A stretch of DNA of 50,180 nt from Lenisia limosa (Eukaryota > Protista > Breviatea). A program made the position numbers and the translations under genes. Positions 25,301 to 34,744 of this stretch are shown here, one piece after another (position 1 is the stretch's first letter; every line of letters begins with the position of its first letter). The DNA is taken from the NCBI GenBank assembly GCA_001655205.1, contig LPNZ01011129.1:1-50180 (forward strand), given 5' to 3'. The notes under the pieces are model-generated. The model had not been told where the DNA came from and ran no database searches. It saw only the letters and a program-made list of their open reading frames with translations.

Positions 25301-28300
25301 GAGTACACTCTCCCAAAAAAAGATTTGGGGCTCGGTTAAGAGTACGTCATGAATCTGGTTTGGCGACCTGCTTTAACCCTCTGATCTGTTTCTTGGCATC
25401 AGACCTTTCCTATGATACCAAATCGAGTAGATTTCTGGAATAGTATCAGAAGTATATCAATATTTTCGTGGCTCTGGAACCTCTAGATATTATTCATGTC
25501 CTCAGATTTTATTTACCCTATGTTCCTGTTTTTTTCAATCAGAGGGAAACTTGAAAATCACTGTATAGGCCCAAGGGTCCGGATATTCTTCCTTCTCTGC
25601 CCATCTCGAGGGTTCGAGAACTGCGTCAACATGTCATCGCCTTCATCCCCACCGCCCTTGCCTTGGTCCAGAATGCGGATTCCGCACTACGAAATGTAAG
25701 TAATATAATTCTTATCATATGAGTATGACCAAATATTGATATGATATTTAGCTATGATGTTTGCACAACATCTCTATCTAACTCGACCTCACATTGCTCT
25801 GCTAAATCAAACTACTCAGGTAGTTTTTTTTTCCTTTTTACAACTAAAAATACTTCAGTTCTCATTAATCTGCTCTTTTCTATTTAAGGATCCAACAGTA
25901 CCATATCAATTCACTTTAAGGACACTGAAAACACCTTCGTTGTTGACCAGGTTCCCGGCCTTCTAGACAGGCCAATTCTTAAGCCGCCTCCCTCTAAAGT
26001 TAGCCTTTGCATGTAGCAATATCATTACGGGGTATAGCCTTTCGTGATTTGACAAATCAAATCAAAGTTACAATTTTGATAACATAGACGTATGTCTCCA
26101 GGATTTAGCCAAGTAACTTGAAGCTTTTTATTTGTTTTTGCTTATTCTTTCTCTTTCACGATGAAGAATTACTTGATTGCCTAAATTACTCCCAAGATAT
26201 CCCGGAAAATTTTACATCTTGCTGTCCGCCTTTTGGCTGAAGTAGCAAACGACGAACACGGCAGAGAGGAGATAATAAAACAGGGGGGACCGTTCAGCCT
26301 TGTTCGGCTTGCATCAAGGGATGGAGGTGGGGATGGTTCTCATCAGTTGTGTTAATTGTAAGGTGCTGAAATTTGCTTCTTTTTTTCTTCATGTTATAGC
26401 TTTTCTTTCAGCTCATTCCCCTCCATAACCTATCACCCCAGGAAGTAAACCAATTTCGTTGGAGGCAGGGAGGGCAATTGCCAATCTCCATGGTGCTTCC
26501 CTTCAAAATGTAAGATTTAGTTTTGAAATGGTTGTATGTTTATGTATGCAGTAGGTCTGTTAATATTAAGATATTTTACGGTATGGGCTACTTAGTGTAT
26601 GAGCTATATAATATGCTGTTCTTCGCAGAGATTTTATTCATATTTTCTTGTTCTCAAAGACCACCCATCATCAACCTTCGTGGGTATTGACAAATTAATA
26701 CAAAGGGATAAGTTATTTCATCTATGCTGTATCGACACAAATGGGACTCTTTTCGGACCTCATCATCACCTCTCTTCCCCCCGATGGGATGCAGTGCTGC
26801 AGAAGCGGCTGGCCTGGGCTTTGATCAACCCTTGAGTGTTGTCAGCCATCAGAGTTTATTTAGGCTTTTTGCTTCACATATTTTCCAATTTTACTCCCCC
26901 CCCCCCCCCCCCANNNNNNNNNNNNNNNNNNNNNNNNNNNNNNNNNNNNNNNNNNNNNNNNNNNNNNNNNNNNNNNNNNNNNNNNNNNNNNNNNNNNNNN
27001 NNNNNNNNNNNNNNNNNNNNNNNNNNNNNNNNNNNNNNNNNNNNNNNNNNNNNNNNNNNNNNNNNNNNNNNNNNNNNNNNNNNNNNNNNNNNNNNNNNNN
27101 NNNNNNNNNNNNNTGAAAAAAATAAAAAGTGATAAAAGTTGTATTTTTATGAACAGAATTAAAACAATAAAAGGGACGTTTTTTAAAAGAGCCACCCTTT
27201 ATTAGACAAGCCGATTTCCACTGCATTATTTTTTCTCTGTAAAACTCTCATTTTTTTAGGCAGTCGTAGGGCTACTTTCGCTGGTACACCGCATATCGAC
27301 CTTCCTCATGAAATTTGCCCTCCCCAGGTTTGGGTTTTTCTTTAATAAATTCTCCGTTTTTAGTGAGATTACCATCTTTCCGAGGTTCGTAATTGTATAG
27401 TATATTTCTTCTCAGGCGTTTGTTTCTAAAATGGCCTTCACCCCTCTCCCAGGTGTTCCACCCTGAAGATCCTATTGATATTGAGGCTGCCTCCCCAGAC
27501 TTACAGGATTGGAGGTTGGCTAATATATCCCAAGGTGTTAGCACTGCGAGTTGGGTTGATTCCGGGCTTTCTTTTTTGTTTCATAAATTTTACAAAATCC
27601 CCACAGCCGAGCCTCCCCTTTATCCCCTAACCTCACTCATCTTCTTCCATCCCCTCACCTCCAGTCGAGCCCTATGCTGGCCTCGCGATTGGCTGACAGC
27701 GGACGTTCCATCGGTCCACCGCGTCATTGCAATTGAATACCCGGCCAACTTCACAAAATGGGAGTCTGCGTGTGACACGCTCGAGGCGCGCAGTAGGGGG
27801 GGGGGGCACTTGCTTTTGTCTTTAGAAAAGATAAGGGAGCATTGAATAAAAGGGGGAAGGTGAGTCATTTCTAAGGCATAGAACTCCTTAGATACCCCTT
27901 TTTTTAAAAAAAACAAGTGACACCCCTCGTGTTTAATGGTAATTCCCATTTTCACCCCCCTCCCCCAGAGGAGTTGGTTTTGGACTTTTTTTTTTTCATA
28001 AATTTTCCCTTTTCACCCCCCACCCCGACCAGGTCGGAGGCTGTCGCACCAGCTCGAAGCAGCAGACATTGGTACCTCGCGAGACTGCGCTTTCCTCTGT
28101 CATAGCCTGGGTGGACTGGTCACTAAGTCTGCACTCATCCACAGCTTCCATAATGGTGGGTGTCTTGATTGATTGTGTTCTTATATCATAAAAAACACAG
28201 CTCCACTGGTGAATCTCTAAATTTCTCCTATTTTATTCCCCCTTTCCCAGAATCCAGCCTATACAATCGAACTCGAGGGGTGGTCTTCTTCAGTACACCT

Positions 28301-30604
28301 CATAGGGGCTCCCCACTAACTGAGGTACGTATTTGTGACATGAGCTTAAAAGGAATTATTTCATTTTTGTTTCTCAGCTTAAAGGGGTTTTTCGTTTCTG
28401 CTCATCATTTGATTTTCTGGAGCCAAATTTCTTTATTTCTCATTGCTATATCTATTGTATCAAAGATGTGTCAAAATTTGACCTTTTTAGATGATGAACT
28501 TCAAGCCCTTTGAATGGATTGTGAACCCCTCTGATGTTGGTGGAGGGCTGCGTATTCTATTGTCTCCTTTATAAAGGGTCACCATAAAGCACACAAATTG
28601 CAAATGCTACTGATTGAAAAAATAATCATATACTATCGAAATATCATATATCTTATATTATGCATATATATACATGTATATAAATAGTATTTGATATCCT
28701 TTGTCTATTGTACGATACAAAGCATAGTCCCCATGATGTTTTAACACCAAAGGCGGCGGAAGATCTCATGACGGGAGCCGAACACATCACCGCTCTTCAT
28801 GAAGAGTTCTGTAGAATAGCTGGTGGGAGTATGAGGATATCTTTTGAGGAGTGTGGTGGTGGGGTGAAAGATTGCATGTGGAGGGTGTCGGAGTAAACGA
28901 AGATATTTTTTTAATCGGTATAATCACTCCATCTAAATTCCAAACAAAAACATAAAACAGAGCTTCAAAATGATGTGATATTTTTCATGTCAGTAATTAC
29001 TTGTTTAGTGTGAACATGTTCCATTCATTATTATCTCATAATTCAGGCCAGCGGGATGATGTTTTGGTGGATTGTTCTGTGGTGCAAAGCCACCGATGCC
29101 TTGCATCTGGGAGCTTCTCAGATATGGTGGGTACATGATTGGGAGGGTGGGTTCTGTAGCTGACCTATGTAAATAGATCCTCATTCTTTTATTATTCAAT
29201 TCATATTCAACTGGGATTTTAGGCATTTTGTTCTTCCTGAATAGTATATGCATATATTGTGAGTCCCCCTGATGGCTTTCTGGCACATCTTTCAGCAAAT
29301 ATATTGAGCCAGTTACTGTCAACAAACAGTGACATGACCTTACTTCTATGTTTTACCATTAAAGGAAGAGAACCGATGGTCCATCAAAACAATTCGACCA
29401 AAGCTACCTGGTGAGGGTTAGGCTATTGGAGGAGAGGGGTAAGAATAAGATTGTGATGTACTAGATGTTAAAGGTAACAATAGCCAGTTCATAAATGAGT
29501 GCCTGTAGTGTTTTTTTTTTTTGAATTAATCAACATTGCTCGATCGTCTTAAGGCTGATTATAGTGGTCAAACATGACATTGTTTTCTTCTTTTTTTATC
29601 CCTCATCCAGAACAAGGCACTGAACAAGAGGACAGAAATGGTATGTGACCCCCCCTTCTCGTGCTTCTATTTCACACCTCACTCCACCCCAAACAGTTCC
29701 CATCCCAATTGTCCTTTCCATTCATTATTTACCGCTGCATGCAGAACCACATTCACCAACACATCCTTTCAACATCCCATCACCAACACTTCTTCCATAT
29801 CTTCAACATCCCATCACCAGCACATTTTTCCACACACCATTCACCCATCAGACTACCCCAACGATGATGACAGGTTAGTCGAACGTTTAGACTCAGTTCT
29901 CCCCGCGCCGCCTTTGGAAGACTCTGAGCAACAGTCAAAGGCTGATCCAAATGCCAACCCCGGGCCGGCTATCATAGTTCGCCCTTCAGGTATCGGAGAG
30001 GCTCTCTACCAGACCCCAAACACCCCGCTGAGCCTCTTGCGAAATTCAATATCGGCACGTGACTACTGGTTACGTCGACGCCTCACGCATGGTCGTAGGG
30101 CACCCGGACAGATTGGACCCGGGATTGCCGTTATATCATTTGGCGAATCCAGAGACACCATATGGGCTCGGCTCTCGGGTGCCAAATTGACTACTTATGT
30201 GGGTAGCTCTGTACTGGGTATCCCATTACACAAAAGTACAACATGCTCTATGTTGTAAACTATTTGATATTTAATCAGTACGTGATTATTGAATGCCCTG
30301 GGTATTTCTTTGTCAGACAGTTTATCTGTATTTATCAAGGATATAATCTTCCAGCTTGTGCCATGGTGGAGCGCGGACCCTGGCTTTGGCCCGTTTTTTA
30401 TGATCCCATGTGACCACATTTCGGGCTGTAAAATGCCATCGAGGTAGGAACTCGGCCTAATAACATTTTGTATGTATGCTATGTACATGCGAAACTGGTT
30501 AGATGTTTTGCTTTAGGAGCTTTCTCCACTATCACCCATTATCACTATCAAGGCGTGATCAGACTTATCGACGTGTTGCCTCTTTTCTTCGCTTCATTTC
30601 ATAA
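22322..30604 (+). CDS. SERAC1: SERAC1-like alpha/beta hydrolase (PGAP1-like lipase domain) with N-terminal hydrophobic leader and ARM-like region
   Basis: ATG 22322 MRLGKVLLL|GGAVVLSVHTW. C-terminal exons give CWPRDWLTADVP..VIAIEY (~27680-27740), AFLCHSLGGLVTKSALI (nucleophile elbow, ~28090-28140), NRTRGVVFFSTPHRGSPL (~28265-28320), IAVISFGES (~30125), LVPWWSADPGFG..DHISGCK (~30350-30440) and DQTYRRVASFLRFIS-TAA (30604). Motif order matches SERAC1 as I recall it. Confidence 0.85.
26783..26913 (+). mobile_element. R1 repeat in a SERAC1-like intron, ending cccccca at an assembly gap
   Basis: gatgggatgcagtgctgcagaagcggctggcctgggctttg..tcaacccttgagtgttgtcagccatcagagttt..ccaattttactccccccccccccccca. 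Confidence 0.85.
27969..28032 (+). mobile_element. 5'-truncated R1 repeat forming an intron acceptor
   Basis: gagttggttttggactttttttttttcataaattttcccttttcaccccccaccccgaccAG| followed by the exon carrying CHSLGG. Confidence 0.6.
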
Positions 30605-30851
30605 CTGGAGTAATGGAGAACTAATTAAATGGTATAAGGAAACAATCTGTCATGGCAACTTCAACTCCTGGCAGTGCATTGTCGTGCCCTTTTACTCTTT
30701 AGTTGGACTTACCCCTTTTAGATGCTCTGGGTCATTTATCTTCTGTTCTGTTCTATCATGTTTCCCTTTCTGTCATTATGTTGTATTATTTATTCTTGTA
30801 ATTGAAACGGTCTCAGTCAACACTCAACAAATACACATACAATACTACTAC

Positions 30852-33800
30852 CTACACAACTATTGGCAAGCGACAGAAGAAGTACTCTCTGCAGAGTGAG
30901 TAACCAAAGGCAACGTGTTGCAAAAGAAATAACAAGGGGGGAGGGATGTAGAAGACGCCTCATAAACAAAATACACACTTTCTTAACATATACTAGCTAT
31001 TAAGCTCATTGTCTATCTGAATGAGATCCGACTAAATTTGGAATAGTCAGCGAAGAGCGCAAAAAGAGAAAAAAAACAATGAAACCAAAGCACACCTTGA
31101 ATGGTGAGAATGAGAATATATTGATAAATGTAAAAGAAAGTGCGTTATTTAAAGAAGTAGGTATTTTTATAAGTTAGAGGGAAGCCTTGTAAGGGGTGTG
31201 ACTTAGAGGGAAGCCTTGTAAGGGGTGTGACTTAGAGGGAAGCCTTGTAGGGGGTGCGAGTTCTAATACTATCCGACATACTCTCGCGTGCCACTTAGGT
31301 CGTTGAGAAGTCCGCCAGGTCTGAATGGGGTCAGGGAAAAAATATTTAACGTTTTTTCACTTTATTGGACTAGGGCAAGACCTGGCAGTTTGTACACAAA
31401 AAAAACACGCAAGTTTGGACCTTTATCTCAGCCTTCGGTGATAATCAATAGCGTTGAACAAAAAAGACTACAAAATTTCGGCTAGAGCTACGATTTTGAA
31501 AACGTCGATGGCACCCCACACCTGAGACTGACAACATTCTCTGCTCCTGAATTTGGCTCTCCACTACTAAACCTGAAATGGTAAGACAGAGATAATGAGA
31601 AATGTGGGAGGGGAATGGGGGAATGTCATCAAGCTGTATATAACTCATATGACTATTTCAATGGTTATTTCTAATTTCCACAGTATCCTATCAATGTATT
31701 ATGATGATTATATGATATATTACATCAAAAATTATGAATATAGGTTTGTACCCTGCAGTATTTCTTCACCCCTAATGGTTGCTCGTATCTGTTATTGCTT
31801 GTTTTTTTATTGTTTCTTTTTTTGTTTGTTTGGAGTTTCAGATTTTTAGGTTCGTGATTAGTACCTTTACGCCAATATTCTTCATCGAAATTTCCTTGGT
31901 TTACCCCCCCAAGCATACATGGGGGTATCAGTCTGAAAACTCGGTCCATAGGTAGTGGTACCTTCAGTGTAAAAGATGTCACCTTCTTGCGTGACATATG
32001 TGCCCTAGGAAGTGAAATAACAGACTCATTCGGAATTGGCACTTTTATCGAAAAAAAACAATCGTTTGCCAAAATCAGTGGCGCCTCTCATACCTAGGGC
32101 TTCCCTAAGGTCCCAAAAAAATGCCGAATCTCTCGATAAATATCATATTTAAACGGTCTTTTTCGGACTGCAGGGAAGCATTACTCATACCTCTAATGCA
32201 TCGTCATCCGCTCCAAGAAAATAGTAGACTGAAGGAGCGGGATCACTTCCGAAAATCACTTATTGGTAAGATTTATGAGTTACTACAACAACAGGAGTGT
32301 CTGAGTTGTAGGTAATTCCTTCCTTTGTTATCAAAAAACAAACAAAACCGTGTGTAACACGCACCCAAGAAACCATCCCCCCCACCAATACTATTGTCCA
32401 TAAATGTTCGCATTGTATTGGCTTCAGTCTGTGTCCGGGGGAACGCTATTGTGCCCTGGGGGGGGGGNNNNNNNNNNNNNNNNNNNNNNNNNNNNNNNNN
32501 NNNNNNNNNNNNNNNNNNNNNNNNNNNNNNNNNNNNNNNNNNNNNNNNNNNNNNNNNNNNNNNNNNNNNNNNTTGGAACGGAAGGTTTCTAAAAATTCCT
32601 CCAGGTTCTAAAATGGTATATTATCATTTGTTTGCAATTGAAAGCGAGGATAAAAACTCAAATGCAAATGGGATTGGATACAACCTTGAGAACTCATTCA
32701 GAGAGAGCTACCAGCTAGTTTGTAATGTAAGTCAACGTGAAGTAAATATCACTAAACAAGATGCTTATCAAGAAACGTTTTGTTTGGATATCGGAGCGTC
32801 TGCCTAGCCCCACATTGAGATTGACACAGAAGGCCGTGGCAGCAGTGTAGCTCAGAGCTGTCGTGACTGCGAGAATACAGTCGGTTCCTGTTTCATGTAC
32901 GAAGCCGTGGGGGACGTAGGTATGGCATGGCTGGATATAAGGAAAGAAATGGGGGCAGGGGGGGGGGGNNNNNNNNNNNNNNNNNNNNNNNNNNNNNNNN
33001 NNNNNNNNNNNNNNNNNNNNNNNNNNNNNNNNNNNNNNNNNNTTGGCTAACAACACACGAGGGTTGAGAAAAATAAAACAAACAAAGCCCAGTCCAGTCG
33101 CTTCTGCAGCGCCGCATCTCATCACTCCAGTCGAATTTCATATTATGATAAAGAATCGGCAAATTCGGTTTTAATTGATGAATTCTCTTCTTCTCTGTAG
33201 TGAAACTCTCTGACTGATGACACAATCACTCACATGGTATTGGTTAAGAACGGCCTGCTGAGCATCGAGTCTCGCTTTCAAGGCAACGTTCTAACACATT
33301 ACCAAACAGAAATGCAGGGGAAAGAATGTTGAAAGATTACAACAACCCATCTTTTTATTGATCAAAAATGCTAAGGATGAGGATGATGATCATAAAATTT
33401 ACAATAAGAAATACTAATATGATATGCAACTGCTGACAAATAATTTGTTATTTCATAAACAAGCTTTAAAATGTAGCAGTGATACTTGTTCAAAAGTTTT
33501 TAAAAGATAAAAGACATCACACCACCACTACTGACCCAACTTCTCACCTCTGCAACAACTTCGCTCAGAAGGTCGATCTTGATAGAGGGGCTCAGCGTGA
33601 GACTAAAAGTGTGAATATGTAGAAGTGTGAAATAAAAACGGTAGTATCAAGCCGAAGCCTTACAAATCATTATACTGAAAACAGTACGTCTTTATTAGTA
33701 ATCACCTACCATGGTGTGGCGGTATACCTAACCTCAAAAACACATCAAATTTTCATTACATGCAAAAACACAATACAAATTCTGCTGGAAGAACTTGACA

Positions 33801-34446
33801 AATAAAAACAATTCCTCATCGTTGTACCTGACCAGTACCCCAAATACATACCTGCTTTGAACGTCAAGATTTTCAATGCGATGGGAGCCGCTCTGTTGAA
33901 ATAAGATAGAGCCACAAATAAATCCAAAAAATAATATATGACAGGGTAAGAGATCTAAAGTCACTCACAATGATTCAAATCCCCAAACATTGAGCGCTCC
34001 TGTTGGGTCTAGTACTACTGCCTGAGGAATAAGTGGGGTGAGTGCACAACAGGGTTGACAGGGGGGGTCATATTGTACTTCATACCAAGTCAGGAGGCCT
34101 ATGTGACAAAATGACACAAAAGAAGGGGAGGTGAAATGAGAAAGAAAACAAAGGTACAACAGCCCAAAGTGGCAGAAGGGTGTGACAAAGTGGCAGAAGG
34201 GTGTGACAAAGTGGATGACCGGGCAAACACTTCATAACATACGCGAAAAAAAAAAGAGGGGGGGGGGGGGNNNNNNNNNNNNNNNNNNNNNNNNNNNNNN
34301 NNNNNNNNNNNNNNNNNNNNNNNNNNNNNNNNNNNNNNNNNNNNNNNNNNNNNNNNNNNNNNNNNNNNNNNNNNNNNNNNNNNNNNTACCAATGACAAAG
34401 ACACAATTGAAAGGAGCAGACAGATTGTCAATAGGGGATTGAACAT
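30852..34446 (-). CDS. Secreted C-type lectin domain protein, paralog A (signal peptide, short coiled-coil neck, C-terminal CTLD with EPN motif)
   Basis: MFNPLLTICLLLSIVSLSL leader. Exons LTLSPSIKIDLLSEVVAE|NVALKARLDAQQAVLNQYH|PCHTYVPHGFVHETGTDCILAVTTALSYTAATAFCVNLN|GTIAFPRTQTEANTMR..|YYFLGADDDALE|GTYVTQEG..|FSSGEPNSGAENVVSL|RPGGLLND..|EYFFCRLPIVV-TAG join in phase. Confidence 0.85.
31174..31260. repeat. Intronic minisatellite, 29-bp unit x3
   Basis: ttagagggaagccttgtaaggggtgtgac in tandem. Confidence 0.95.
33043..33130 (-). mobile_element. R1 repeat (5' half; 3' half in gap) in an intron of lectin A
   Basis: Minus strand ctggagtgatgagatgcggcgctgcagaagcgactggactgggctttg..tcaaccctcgtgtgttgttagccaa, then gap, C-tract and acceptor. 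Confidence 0.85.
34166..34215. repeat. Intronic tandem repeat, 21-bp unit x~2.3
   Basis: aaagtggcagaagggtgtgac in tandem. Confidence 0.9.
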
Positions 34447-34744
34447 GGCTGATCCGGTAAGCTAAAAAAAGAGTACGGTTCGTTCACACCAAGTGGGTAG
34501 TGGTCTAGGTCTAGCTGGGTGTTAGATTTTGACACTTTGAACCAGGGCGAAGCCGAGTAGTTACTTCAGAAGTTCAATCAAGGTTCAGTCAGAGTGGTCA
34601 GAGTGGATTTTTGATTTTTGAAAAACTTTAAACTAGTTGGATGGACGAATAAATAATATCCGACTACTACTCTTTCCCTTCCCAGTGTTCCCAGTCTTCT
34701 TCCTCTTCTCACTTAGCTTCTTTGGCAGTTTTAGGTAGGTGCTA

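Noticed and set aside
33043-33130. R1 as a box C/D snoRNA family (GTGATGA at its 5' end, intronic, often sense)
   Set aside because: There is no CTGA box D at a suitable position, box C is imperfect in most copies, and truncated and antisense copies exist.
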